Shown here piece by piece: positions 21,146-32,197 of a stretch of DNA of 64,000 nt. Below the pieces are notes generated by a model. That model was not told the DNA's origin. It was given only the letters and a program-made list of their open reading frames with translations, and made no database searches. The stretch is taken from positions 1 through 64,000 of the forward strand of contig CAVZDU010000005.1 of assembly GCA_963774265.1 (NCBI GenBank). Direction: 5' to 3'. Made by a program: the position numbers and the translations under genes. Numbering within the stretch: position 1 is the first letter of the stretch; each line of letters opens with the position of its first letter. The DNA comes from an uncultured Chloroflexia bacterium (lineage in GTDB: Bacteria > Chloroflexota > Anaerolineae > CG2-30-64-16).

Positions 21146-22589
21146 ATGAGCAGCCTACCTGGAGAGACGCCCTTGTTTCATCGTTTCCACCGGCTCAACC
21201 GGTGGTTCGGGCTGTTCTTTGCGTCGGTGCTGTTCCTGTCGCCGCTGCTGGCCCTGCCGCTTCTCGGTGCGGTGGACGCGAGCGCGTGGCAGCCGGTCGG
21301 GCTGCGCGGAGAGACCGTGCTGAGCCTGTCCGCGGCGGCCGGTCGGGATGGGACCATCCTGTACGCCGGGACGCCTGCGGGATTGTGGCGGAATGATGGC
21401 GGCGCCTGGCAGCGCATCGATACGGGCCTGCCCCATTCGCCCCTCGGCGCGCCGGATGTCGCCGCGTGGTGCACCGTGCCCGGTCATCCGCTCGGGATGT
21501 ATGCCCTGGCCGGTCCGCAAGATGCGCGGCAGTTGTATCGCACGGACGATGGCGGCGCATCCTGGCGGGCCATCGGTCCCGCGCCCGGCCAGTCGCAGTC
21601 GCCCGCCATGATCGTCCTGTCCGGCCCCCAAAGTTCGGCGGATACGATCCTGATCGCAACCTCGACGCGCGTGCAGCGCAGCACGAACGGCGGCGAGACA
21701 TGGGCGCCGGGCGGCGAGTGGCCCGAGGCTGTGGCGGAATCCGACGACCCCGTGGCCGTACTGCTGGCGGGGGCCGCTGTACCCAACCGGCTGGTGGCGC
21801 TTGCCCGTTCGGGCCGGGTGTGGGCCAGCGGTAACGGCGGTCTCTCCTGGCACGAGTCCGGTTTGCAGAGAGACGCCCGGGCAGTGGCTCTCGAACCGCG
21901 TGCTGGGTTGCACATCTGGGCCGCCGGCGATGCAGGCGCCGCCGCCAGCGCGGATGGCGGCGGGAGCTGGTCCGAGCTGCCCCTTCCGGGTGAGCCGGGC
22001 GGATGGTCGGGAAGCACTAGAGGTCATATCGTGGCGCTGCAAGTCGATCCGAGGGTGTCTGAGATGCTCTATGCCGCGGTGCGCGGCGGCGCGATCTATC
22101 GCAGCGACCGCGGTGGGCAAGATTGGCAGCTCCTCCATGCACCCGGCACAACAGAGATCACCGCCCTGGTCCTGGAGCCGGAGGGGCGCAGCATCCTGTA
22201 CGCCGCGACGGGTGATGGCGTCTGGGCCCGCCGCGTCGCCGCGCTGGAACCCACGCCGACGCCAACGTACACGGAGACACCCACGCCTACCCACACACCG
22301 ACTGCCACCGCCACGGTCCGGCCGACGCTGACGCCCACCGCGACCCGAACCCCGACCTTGACCAGCACGCCCACCCCAACGCCGACGAGCACAGCCACGC
22401 CGCCGCCGACCGCGACGCCGTCGGCCACCGCCGCGACCTACCCGCCGGCCGACGCTGACGCCCACCGCCACGCTCACGCCGACGACTGCACCGGCATGGG
22501 CGCCGCCGCCCACGCCTGGCGGAGACCCAGGTGGACCGGGCGTGGTGCCGACGGACGCGCCGCCGCCTCCGCCGCCACCGGAACGATGA
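21146..22589 (+). CDS. Secreted BNR/Asp-box (YCF48/VPS10-like) beta-propeller with PT-rich tail, frameshift at ~22440
   Basis: RTDDGGASW, RSTNGGETW, RSDRGGQDW Asp-boxes; ends PPPPPPER* overlapping the next ATG. Confidence 0.8.
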
Positions 22590-24971
22590 TGGACACGAGC
22601 GTTTCCCCCTCTGATGGTTCCGGCGCTGCGGGGCGCCTGCGCCCACTGTCCCTGGCGCGCATCCAGCGCCAGGTGGATGTGCCCACGCGCTGGACGCTGC
22701 TGATCTTCGGCATCTGGGTGCTTTACCGTACCGCGCGACGCAGGCCTGCAAGGCCCGTGGCCATGGCTGGCAGGGGCCTACGGGCTGCTTGCGCTGGGCA
22801 CGACCGTGTTCTGGCTCCGCCGGGTCGAGGATGCCGCACACAGCCAGCCAGCGGTGGCCGTTGCCTATGGATCCTATCTCGCCGATGCCATTTTTGTCTG
22901 CGCCCTGATCTGGCGCGACGGCGGGCTCAGCAGCCCCCTTTACATCCTGCTCGTTCTGCTGGCCGTCAAGGCGCTCGGCGCAAGTCCCCTGCTGCCCTCG
23001 TTGGTATGGCTATCATTTGCGTTCGGCCCCCTCTACGTCGTGGCGCTCTGGCTGGCTTCGGGGAGCCTGGGCTTTCTCAATGACAGCGGCTTTCTCGGCC
23101 GCTACATCCCGTTTTGGATCTGGCTGATCGGCGTCGTCCTCATCGGGCATGAGCTGGCCCGGCGCACACGGCAAGTGTACAGCCTGGATGTGGCCCTGGC
23201 CCAGCAACAGGCCGTCCTGGCGCAGAAGAGCGAAGTGCTCCAACGCACCGCCACCGACCTGGGCGACAGGCTCCTGGAGTTGCGGTCCTTGCAGGAAGTG
23301 GCGAAGGCGTTGGCGACCACCCTGAGAACCGAAGAGACGCTCCAACTGGTGGTCGCGACATTGGCTCAGGTGACTGGCAGCAGCCATTGCGCCGTGGCCT
23401 TGATCGACCGCGATAGCGCAGCCGCCGCACGCGAGGGCGCCGCACTCGAAGGTGCATTGATTAGCGACGACCTGCCGGAGCCTGTCGCTTTCCGTGTACT
23501 GCTCGCCGAAGAACCGGTGACGTTGGCAGCGTGCGAGAGCAGCCAACCATTGCGTGCACCGTCCGGAAGTGGTGGCAATCTCGGTGCACAACTGGGCGGC
23601 CACCCGTATTTCGTCACCGCGCTGGTCTCGCGCGGCCATGCCATCGGCGCATTGTACGTTGCTGAGCATGGCAGCGCGGCCGGCCGTCCGGATATGTCGC
23701 CCTCGCTGAACACATCCAAGGAGCTGCTCACCAGCTTTGCCTACTTCGCCGCAACCGCCACGGAGAACGCCCGCCTGTACCAGGATGCGTACGAGAAGCG
23801 CCGCGAGCTGGAGGCCGTGCTTGCCGGCATCGGCGACGGCGTGGTCGTGGTAGATACGGACCTCTCGTTGCTTCTGATGAATCCGGTGGCGCGCGATATC
23901 CTCGGCCTTGAATCGGAGCCGCCGGGCGGCGTGCCTTTGCGGCCCTACCTCGCCGCACCTGCGTTTGCGGACCTTCTCAGGGAGACATTGGCGAGCGTGC
24001 AAGAGCAAATTCGCGAGCTGGACTTGCCCGCGGTGCGCCGCCTGCCCGCCGGCGCTTACGAACGGACTGACGGCGAGCTTCGCACCTATGGCGCGTTGGC
24101 ATCGCCCATCCTGGACGCCGACGCGGAAGTCAGCGGTGTTGTGGCCGTGTTGCGCGACATCACCGCACAAAAGGAAGTGGAGCGCATGAAGTCCAACTTC
24201 CTTTCCGTAGTGAGCCACGAGCTGCGTACTCCGCTGCATTCCATCAAGGGCTTCGTCGAGATCATCCTGATGGGCAAAACCGGCCCGATGACGGAGTTGC
24301 AGGAGGATTTTCTCAAGACGGTGAGCACACAGACGACCGCGCTCCAACGGATGATCGACGACCTGTTGGAGTTTTCACGCATGGGAGCGGGGCGCATCAA
24401 GCTGAACCTGGAGGAGGTTTCGCTCCCCGCCATCGCGCAGGGCGTGGGGATGAAGCTCGCACCGTTGGCCGAGGAGGGGAAGCTGGCGCTCTACCTGAAC
24501 TTCCCCCATGATCTGCCCGCGATTCAGGGTGACAGAGCACGGCTGGAACAGGTGCTTACGAACCTGGTGGAAAATGCCATCAAATTCACGCCCCCACACG
24601 GCGAAATCGCGATCAGCGCCCTGCGGTATGGAGACCACGTGCGATTGACTGTCCAGGACACGGGCATCGGCATCCCGCCGGATGAGCAGGAGAAGATCTT
24701 CGACCAGTTCTACCAGGTGGATCGCGGTGAGAAGCGCGCCTACCGGGGAACGGGCCTGGGGCTGAGCATTTCGCGGCATATCGTCGAGCGTCACGACGGT
24801 TCCATTTGGGTTGAAAGCGATGGCATCTCCGGTCGCGGCAGCTCCTTCCATGTCGAGCTGCCCATTGATCTGCGGCCTGCCGAGGCGCCCACGATCGACT
24901 TCATGACGCCCCACCACCCGCCTTCGTTGCCTCTCGACGATGCAGGCCAGAGCGCGATGCAGGGTGCGTGA
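22586..24971 (+). CDS. Membrane sensor histidine kinase (TM-GAF-PAS-HisKA-HATPase), frameshift near the 5' end
   Basis: SVVSHELRTPL H-box, NLVENAIKFT, DTGIGI, GTGLGLSI. Confidence 0.92.
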
Positions 24972-25894
24972 GTCAAGACCCTGCCCATCTCAACCATCAA
25001 ATTCGGTATTGGGGGAACGAGTGCGTGTCTGAAAAGCTGAAGGTCGTGGTGGTCATGCCCGCGTACAACGCGGCCCGCACGCTAGAGCGAACCTACAACG
25101 ATATCCCGCCGAATACCGTGGATAAGGTCATCCTCGTCGATGACGTCAGTAAGGATGAGACCGTCGATATCGCGCGGCAGCTTGGGCTTCAGGTGATCAT
25201 CCATATTCAGAACCGCGGGTACGGCGGCAACCAGAAGACCTGCTACGTGGAAGCGTTACGCGAGGGCGCGGACATCGTCGTGATGCTGCACCCCGACTAC
25301 CAGTACGACTCCACGCGCATCCCCGCACTGATCGCACCGATCGAACGGGGCGAGGTCGACATGATGATCGGCTCGCGACTCCTGGGCGGCGACACGCTTG
25401 CAGGTGGCATGCCCATCTGGAAGTACATCTCCAACCGGTTCCTCACGACCGTCGAGAACGTGACCCTGGGCCAGCGCCTGTCCGAGATGCACAGCGGTTT
25501 TCGCGCTTACAGCCGCCGGATGCTGGAGACGATCCCCTTCCTGCTCAATTCGGACGATTTCGTTTTTGATACGGAGGTCATCGCCCAGGCGGTCGCGTTC
25601 GGATTCAAGATCGGCGAGGTTGGGGTGCCGACGCGGTACTTTGCCGAGGCATCCTCCGTCGATTTCCGCCGCAGTGTAACGTACGGCCTGAGCACGCTGG
25701 GTGTGATGTGGCGCTTCTTCTTACACCGGGCGGGGTTACGGCGCCACCGGCAGTTCCAGGTCCGGCTGGGAGATATCATTTCGCGCTATCATGCCGGTGA
25801 GGTGCTGCGCTCCGCTCCTTCGACTCCGCTTCCTTTCCGCTCCACTCAGGATGCGTATGACTCCGCCAAGCGTGAGCGAGGCGGCCCGGCATGA
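24968..25894 (+). CDS. Glycosyltransferase family 2 (DPM1-like polyprenol-phosphate glycosyltransferase)
   Basis: VVMPAYNAA, LVDDVSKD, NRGYGGNQK, HPDYQY, HSGFRAY. Confidence 0.9.
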   Translation: MSQDPAHLNHQIRYWGNECVSEKLKVVVVMPAYNAARTLERTYNDIPPNTVDKVILVDDVSKDETVDIARQLGLQVIIHIQNRGYGGNQKTCYVEALREGADIVVMLHPDYQYDSTRIPALIAPIERGEVDMMIGSRLLGGDTLAGGMPIWKYISNRFLTTVENVTLGQRLSEMHSGFRAYSRRMLETIPFLLNSDDFVFDTEVIAQAVAFGFKIGEVGVPTRYFAEASSVDFRRSVTYGLSTLGVMWRFFLHRAGLRRHRQFQVRLGDIISRYHAGEVLRSAPSTPLPFRSTQDAYDSAKRERGGPA

Positions 25895-26880
25895 CGGAGC
25901 GGAGGCCTGCCCGCGGCCGCCGGCCCTTGCGATGGGCGTTGGGCCTCGCGGTCAGCGCATTTTCCGTTTGGCTCCTCCTGCGCCAGGTTGATTTGCGACA
26001 GGTCGGCGCGGCATTATCCCAGGCCCGCGTCCCGTTGCTTGCGGTGGCCGTGGTCTTGTACTTCGTCAGCCTGTCGCTGCGCGCATGGCGTTGGGCGATC
26101 CTACTCCGGCCCATCAAACATCTCAGTTGGCGCCAGATTTGGCCTGTCACCGCCCTCGGCTACGCCGGCAACCTGGTGCTGCCCGCCCGGTTGGGTGAGC
26201 TGCTCCGCGCGGCGGCCTTGCGCTCGCGCGGTGTGCCGATGAGTGCTGGATTGGCCACGATTGCCGCCGAACGCATGATGGACGGGTTGGCCACGGTTGG
26301 GCTGATTCTGCTCACAAGCCACCTCTTGCCCGCGACCGCGCCCACCTGGCTGGTCACCGCGAGCCGGGTGGCGGGCGTCGTTTTCGGCGCCGGCATCCTC
26401 GGGCTCTGGCTCATGCTGATCGCCCGGCCCTGGGTGTCAACGCTTCTCGATCGCGTGGTCGCGCGCTTCCCGCTGCTCGCCCCCCTGTCGGCCTGGATTT
26501 TGCGCTTCCTCGATGGCCTTGCTGCGCTGCGTTCACCGGCGCTGCTGGCGCAGGTGGCCCTCGTCACTGCGTTGGCCTGGGCCGCGAGCGTGATTGAGTA
26601 TTGGCTGGCCATGGCTGCGATGGGCGCAGCGCTCAGCCCGGCCGGCGCTGCGTTCTGCGTCAGCGCCATCGGGCTCAGCAGCGCCATCCCCGCGGCGCCT
26701 GGCTACATTGGCACGCAGGAGCTGGCCGGCGTGACCGTGTTGGGGCTGTGGCATGTGCCGCCTGAGGCTGCGCTGGCCGCGAGCCTGGCGTTTCACGCCA
26801 TCGAGATCGTGCCGGTTGGCCTCGTCGGCCTCCTCGTGGCCTGGCGTGAGGGCCTTTTGGTGTATCTGAAAGAAAATTAA
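25891..26880 (+). CDS. Lysylphosphatidylglycerol synthase TM (UPF0104) flippase-like membrane protein
   Basis: RAWRW, LPARLGELLRA, ERMMD, PAAPGYIGT. Confidence 0.85.
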   Translation: MTERRPARGRRPLRWALGLAVSAFSVWLLLRQVDLRQVGAALSQARVPLLAVAVVLYFVSLSLRAWRWAILLRPIKHLSWRQIWPVTALGYAGNLVLPARLGELLRAAALRSRGVPMSAGLATIAAERMMDGLATVGLILLTSHLLPATAPTWLVTASRVAGVVFGAGILGLWLMLIARPWVSTLLDRVVARFPLLAPLSAWILRFLDGLAALRSPALLAQVALVTALAWAASVIEYWLAMAAMGAALSPAGAAFCVSAIGLSSAIPAAPGYIGTQELAGVTVLGLWHVPPEAALAASLAFHAIEIVPVGLVGLLVAWREGLLVYLKEN

Positions 26881-26993
26881 TCTTTCTCGTCATAGATTTC
26901 ATAGCGGCTTCATTTGGACACGTTACGATAAGCACAACTTGCCGAACTTGAAGGTGCAGATCCAACACTGCTTTTCCCGGACCCCACGACAGC

Positions 26994-27022
26994 TTGACAA
27001 TTTACGGAACAAGCAATAGGAT
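26994..27022 (+). promoter_or_regulatory. Sigma70-type promoter ahead of a ~280-nt 5' leader
   Basis: TTGACA-N17-TAGGAT. Confidence 0.65.
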
Positions 27023-27305
27023 GGGCATTGTCCGAAAAAGCGCAATCTTTGTCACTTCTGTTCCTTCCTGCTACTTTGTGAGTTGAAGCCATCAAACGAT
27101 CGGGGCGGCTCTCGCAAGTGCACAATTCGGACGATCGAATTCTCCAGGACTTGTGAACACCAGGAACCACCGAAAGGGGGTGATCCAGCGGCACGCAGAA
27201 GTCGACCATCTGCATTTTTGTGGCTCCCAACCCGGGCTCTCCGCAAGCCACGATGGGACCCATCGCAAAGTTCTTACATCCATATCAGAACCTGAGGAGG
27301 ACGAA

Positions 27306-28787
27306 ATGTTTAACGGACGCAAGAGCCTCATGATCGCCTTGAGCGTGGTCATGATGCTGGCGATGGTGGTGCCGGCCGCAATGGCCGCGCCAGAAGTGTT
27401 GCATGGGATCTCGGTCGTCTCCCCGACCACCGGCAAGCCGGCCTATATCGGCGCAGGCGCGAGTGGCACCCTGTACGTCGAGTTCGACGTCACCATCGGC
27501 CTTTATCAGGTGGACGATGTTTGGGTGAAGGCCGAGCTTATCGACAAGTCCAAGGACGTGAAGGCGTGGGACTATTCTTCGAACAACGTGCTCGCGAACC
27601 AACTGCTGAACGATGGCGTAGTCAAGTACAGGAAGGCGGCAGCCGCCCCTGACACCGGCCTGACCCCGCTCACGTTCGACAAGGCGGTTCTGGCGGGTTT
27701 GAACGAAGGCTGGTACGACTTGAAGGTCTGCGCGATGGAGGCCGATATCTGGCCCGAGACTTGGCTGTGGTGCGACACCGAGGAGAACGCGTTTCTCGTC
27801 GATACGCACGCACCCGGGGCCTGGCTGGACAAGCCGGGCGTCGTCTGGCCGCCCACGGGTAATCCTGCAAAGGGCGTCTGGCTGACGGACCAGGAATACC
27901 TGGTCGGCGGCGGCCAGGACGTTTGGGGCCTCAAGGGGGCCGAGTTCCAGTACTGCGCCATCACCAACTTCATCACCTTCCAGGATGATCTTGGGAAGTG
28001 GGATTGGAAGTGCGGTGCCAATGACGCGAGCTGGATCAAGGTTTCCGACGGCGCGGTGAGCGGCGTCATCAACGAGTACGGCGGGACCGAGTACACGGGG
28101 AACTTTGACACGACCATGGTTCCGGATGATGAGGGCGTGGTCCGCATCTGCGTGTGGGATCTGGCCGGCAACAAGAGCTGTGATTACAGCGTGGTCTGGA
28201 TCGACAACGAATTCAGCATCAATCTCCGGCCCGGCTGGAACCTGATCTCCACGCCGACCGCGCTGTACGATGACGACATCGAGGATGTCCTGCATCACCT
28301 GCTCGTCCTGAACAAGGTGGGCGTGGTCTATTCCTACGACAAGTGCGGCGGCTGCGGCGGCTGGAAGATGTTCGATCCCGGGGCTGGCCCGGACTCTCTG
28401 ACGACCATCGAGCCTGGCAAGGGCTACTGGATCTGGATGAACGGCGAAGCCACTGGGCAGCTCCCCTTGACCTTCTGGGGCACCTGGAAGCAGGTCGGCA
28501 ACAACCTGCCGCAGTCGATCTCGGTGTTCAAGGGCTGGAACCTGCTTGGTTACGTGCAGTGGGGCCGGCCGACCGCGCCGTTCTTCGCACCCAGCCTGGC
28601 AGGCGACTACCTGGCCAACATCATGACCCCGATCCCCGGTGTGGGTGGGGGCGTGCAGGCGCTGGTGAAGTACAATGCCTTGACCGGGCTCTACGAGGCC
28701 GCGCAATACTGGGATCCCATGGAGCTGGGCAAGGGCTACTGGATGGCGACCGACACCGACGGGACGATCTACCCCGCGCAGTGGTAA
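27306..28787 (+). CDS. Abundant-looking secreted surface (S-layer-like) protein with tandem C-terminal 'GWNLIS...GKGYW' domains
   Basis: GAGGAGG RBS; signal peptide MFNGRKSLMIALSVVMMLAMVVPAAMA; LRPGWNLIS...PGKGYWI and FKGWNLLG...LGKGYWM; strongly biased codon use; own promoter and terminator. Confidence 0.65.
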   Translation: MFNGRKSLMIALSVVMMLAMVVPAAMAAPEVLHGISVVSPTTGKPAYIGAGASGTLYVEFDVTIGLYQVDDVWVKAELIDKSKDVKAWDYSSNNVLANQLLNDGVVKYRKAAAAPDTGLTPLTFDKAVLAGLNEGWYDLKVCAMEADIWPETWLWCDTEENAFLVDTHAPGAWLDKPGVVWPPTGNPAKGVWLTDQEYLVGGGQDVWGLKGAEFQYCAITNFITFQDDLGKWDWKCGANDASWIKVSDGAVSGVINEYGGTEYTGNFDTTMVPDDEGVVRICVWDLAGNKSCDYSVVWIDNEFSINLRPGWNLISTPTALYDDDIEDVLHHLLVLNKVGVVYSYDKCGGCGGWKMFDPGAGPDSLTTIEPGKGYWIWMNGEATGQLPLTFWGTWKQVGNNLPQSISVFKGWNLLGYVQWGRPTAPFFAPSLAGDYLANIMTPIPGVGGGVQALVKYNALTGLYEAAQYWDPMELGKGYWMATDTDGTIYPAQW

Positions 28788-28835
28788 GATCGGTTAGGTC
28801 CTCGACCGGTATCTAGCGCCGAGGTCTATGCTGGT

Positions 28836-28875
28836 GAACTGGCAGGAGCCTTCTGGCACCTGCCAGTTCTTGGTT
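28836..28875 (+). terminator. Terminator hairpin
   Basis: GAACTGGCAGG...CCTGCCAGTTC-TTGGTT. Confidence 0.7.
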
Positions 28876-28963
28876 ACTGAAGGTCTCACCCTGGGGTGAA
28901 AAAGACTGGGCGAACGGGAAAGCCGGCCTGGTGGCGCTTTCCTCGCTGAAGGAGTCGAAAACT

Positions 28964-30376
28964 ATGAGACATGCAGCTGGCAGACTCGCCGGGAAACTGG
29001 GCCTGGCCCTGATCGTGACCCTGCTCCTCTCGCTGTCGCTGGGTACGGTTGCCTTCGCACAACCGGCCACTCCCGATGCTCCGGACATTCCGGGCTTCCC
29101 GCACTTCTTCTGGGGGAAGGTTTTCACGGATAAGGGCATCCAGGTCTCGGAGGGCGCCGAGGTGCTTGCGCGGAGCACGCGGGCTGCTACAGGTGGTTGG
29201 ACCGGCACGATGACCGGCGCCGTGGATGCGGACGGCAACTATGGCTATGGGGACACGGGCTTCTACGTTCCCGGATTGGATGGTGATCAGCCTGGAAGCG
29301 GCGCGGTATCGGGCGAGCCGATCGCGTTCTATGTGCTCGGCGTGCAGGCGCGGGTGCGTAACGTAGCGACAGGCGTCTGGTCATCTACGTACCCCTTCAG
29401 TCCGGGCGGGCACACCAATCTGGACCTCGAGGCAGCCATCAAGCAGACGATCACGGCCACGGCCGGCCCTAACGGCAGTATCTCGCCGTCGGGCGCGGTA
29501 TCGGTGGATTATGGCTTCAACCAGAAGTTCACGTTCACACCAGCCGACAACTACCTGATCCTCGATGTCCTGGTGGATGGGGTGTCCAAACCCGCGGCGG
29601 TGACTGTGGGCGAGTACACATTCCAGAACGTGAGAGCGAACCACACCATCCACGTCACCTTCGTGCGCGCGAACTACTACTTCACGGTGAACGCGGGCGC
29701 GGGCTGCACCATCACGCCGCCTGGCCCGACTGTGACCGTGCCCTACAAGGGAAACATCACGTTCACGATCGTCGCCAACACCGGCTATGACCTGGTCGAC
29801 GTGTTGAAGGACGGCGTGTCACAGGGCCCCGTAACCAGCGTGACGTTCTCCAACGTCGATGCGGATCATACCATTGCCGCGACCTGCGCACGGAAGCAGT
29901 TCACGATCACGCCCACCTGGGCCTCGGGCGGCTCCATCAACCCGGGAACGATCCAGACGGTGTTCTACGGCGACAGCCTCACCTTCAACATCGTGCCTGA
30001 CACCGGCTTCCTGGTCGACAATGTGCTCGTGGATGGCGCCCCGCAGGGTGCGATCACGAGCTACACCTTCAGCAACGTGACTGCCAACCACACCATCTTT
30101 GCATCCTTCAAGGTGCAGACCTTCGTGATCACGGCGGTGGCCGGCGCCAACGGCGTCATCGCGCCCGCAGGCGCGGTGACGGTGAACTACGGCGGCAGCC
30201 AGACATTCACCATCACGCCCAACAGCGGCTACCGTGTGGCCGATGTGAAGGTGGATGGCGTCTCCGTCGGTGCGGTTTCGGTCTATCTCTTCAACAATGT
30301 GACGTCCAACCACACGATCGAGGCCACCTTCGCGAAGGCGGCGTACAAGCTGTTCCTTCCGATCATCATGAAGTAG
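28964..30376 (+). CDS. Secreted protein: N-terminal 'PHxFxG' domain + four divergent InlB B-repeat (Flg_new-like) units + LFLPIIMK tail
   Basis: Repeats ITA.AG.NG.I.P.G.V.V.YG....FTITP..GY.V.DV.VDGVS....YTF.NV..NHTI.A.F. Confidence 0.8.
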   Translation: MRHAAGRLAGKLGLALIVTLLLSLSLGTVAFAQPATPDAPDIPGFPHFFWGKVFTDKGIQVSEGAEVLARSTRAATGGWTGTMTGAVDADGNYGYGDTGFYVPGLDGDQPGSGAVSGEPIAFYVLGVQARVRNVATGVWSSTYPFSPGGHTNLDLEAAIKQTITATAGPNGSISPSGAVSVDYGFNQKFTFTPADNYLILDVLVDGVSKPAAVTVGEYTFQNVRANHTIHVTFVRANYYFTVNAGAGCTITPPGPTVTVPYKGNITFTIVANTGYDLVDVLKDGVSQGPVTSVTFSNVDADHTIAATCARKQFTITPTWASGGSINPGTIQTVFYGDSLTFNIVPDTGFLVDNVLVDGAPQGAITSYTFSNVTANHTIFASFKVQTFVITAVAGANGVIAPAGAVTVNYGGSQTFTITPNSGYRVADVKVDGVSVGAVSVYLFNNVTSNHTIEATFAKAAYKLFLPIIMK

Positions 30377-30548
30377 ACGGAAGACACGTTCTTCGCGCGG
30401 TTGAGCAGCGCCAGGCAGCGTTGCTGGAAGGCGGAAACCTGACCGCCTCGCTGATCACGACAGCCTCTCAACCGCGTACTACCACGTAGTTTCCGAAGCA
30501 GGGAGGCAGGACCTCCTTGCTTCGGAGCGTGTGACTCAGCAGGGACCC

Positions 30549-30985
30549 ATGATAAGGCAACTAGCCAAACTGTTGATCCTGTTTCTTGTCGCTGCTTTGG
30601 CGGCGACCACGGTGTACGCTCAAGAACCCCCTCCTCCGCCCCAGGCCTACTATGGCACCGTATTGGTTTACGGCCGCCCCGCGCCTGTCGGCGCGCAGGT
30701 CGAGGCGCGTGTGGCGAGGGCGTAGTGATCGACATATCAGGCAACCCCCTGGCTGTGACCGTGACGGGGCAGTTCGGCGGTCCCGGGTGGGCCGACGGCA
30801 AGCTTTTCGTCCAGGGCAACATACAGGAGGGTGCGGCCATCGAGTTCTATGTCGATGGCGTGAAGGCCGAGTGCGCCGCTCCGGGCGGCTTGTGGGCAAG
30901 CAGCTATCCGTTTGCATCCGGGGTTGTCACCGAGCTCAACCTCAGAGTGGGCTACTACGCGTACCTCCCCTTGTTGATGCGTTAG
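30549..30985 (+). CDS. Small secreted protein ('YGxVxxxGxPAP' domain) with YLPLLMR tail, frameshift at ~30720
   Basis: Paralogous to the N-domain of 31125..32123 (IEFYVxGVKAECAxPxGxWxSSxPF...LNLRVG). Confidence 0.75.
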
Positions 30986-31124
30986 GGGAGATTCGACGCG
31001 CCTAACCTCACATTCGATACCGGGGAAGCAAGGGTTTGATGAGTATTTGCAGACTAACCGAGTCCGTTAGAATGCGAGTTTTCACAAAACCCTTGCTTCA
31101 GATATAGTGTTCAAGTAGGGACTT

Positions 31125-32123
31125 ATGAGCAGGCAATTGTTCTTATTGTTGATTCTGGTCTTGGTCGCCGTTTTCGGTGCGACCGCTACATACGCGCAAG
31201 GTCTTCCGCCTGTGTTTCAGTTCTTTTACGGCTCCGTAGAGATCAACGGCCAACCGGCGCCTGTGGATACAAGAGTTGAAGCCAGGGGCGCGGGCGTGAT
31301 AACCCTGAGCGACAACCCCGAACTCAAAGACAACCCGGTGATCGCGAAGGTTGCAGGAGAGTACGGTGGGGGCACCGAGCCGAAGCTGTTGATCCAGGGT
31401 CAGATCGCAGATGGGACACCCATTGAGTTTTATGTCAATGGCGTCAAGGCTGAGTGCGCGACGCCTGATGGCGTATGGCAGAGCAGCTTCCCGTTCGCGT
31501 TCGAGAGGGTTACCCGACTGAACCTGAGAGTGGGCGCCCCGGTGCAGCCTGCCGAGACGTCCACCGCCACGCCCACGACCGGCGTCGTGGGTGCAGCCAC
31601 CGCTAGCCCGACGATCAGGGCCCAGGTTGGCATCACTGACCCAACACCGACTCCAGGCCCCGCGCCTACGGCCACGCGGCTGACCACCGGACCCACCAAC
31701 ACGCCGGTCCAGGGGGCAACCGCTGTCCAGACCGCTGCACCCATCGCCACGGCCAGGCCGGGCTCTACAGCCACCACATTGCCGGGCGCGGTCGTGGCCA
31801 CGCCGACCGGCCCCCCACCGCAGGCTGCCGGACCTGCAGTCTCCGGCACGCCGGAAACCGCGCCCGCGGCTGCCGTTTCTGCCGCACCCACGGAGGCGCA
31901 GGCCGCTGCAGTGGCGACCCCGCTGCCCACCCGGACGCCGGCCACGGTGGCAGGGGTCGTGACCTCGGAGCCGATTCTGAAGGAGGGAACGCCTCCCGCC
32001 CTGGGTGATGCTGCTCCGACCAACACCGGTGCCGGCCCCGGCCGGTCGGTTGCGCTGTGGGGCGGGCTGGGCGCGCTGCTGGTCGCTATAGCCGTGGGCG
32101 TGCTCATCAAAGTGCGCCACTGA
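31125..32123 (+). CDS. Secreted protein with the same N-domain, Pro/Thr/Ala linker and C-terminal TM anchor
   Basis: Signal peptide; PTNTG...ALWGGLGALLVAIAVGVLIKVRH. Confidence 0.8.
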   Translation: MSRQLFLLLILVLVAVFGATATYAQGLPPVFQFFYGSVEINGQPAPVDTRVEARGAGVITLSDNPELKDNPVIAKVAGEYGGGTEPKLLIQGQIADGTPIEFYVNGVKAECATPDGVWQSSFPFAFERVTRLNLRVGAPVQPAETSTATPTTGVVGAATASPTIRAQVGITDPTPTPGPAPTATRLTTGPTNTPVQGATAVQTAAPIATARPGSTATTLPGAVVATPTGPPPQAAGPAVSGTPETAPAAAVSAAPTEAQAAAVATPLPTRTPATVAGVVTSEPILKEGTPPALGDAAPTNTGAGPGRSVALWGGLGALLVAIAVGVLIKVRH

Positions 32124-32197
32124 GGGGTCTTCGACCCAAGGGCGAGACATGCGACCTACACATCATACCGCCCTCTCAGAGGCAAGGAGCAATCGAA

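Noticed and set aside
21146-23083. 645-aa ORF fusing the propeller with the kinase N-terminus
   Set aside because: Artefact of a frameshift in the PT repeat; the propeller ends at 22589 and the kinase starts at 22586
27174-27193. 16S rRNA gene fragment
   Set aside because: The match is only ~20 nt with no flanking rRNA similarity; reported as a regulatory candidate instead
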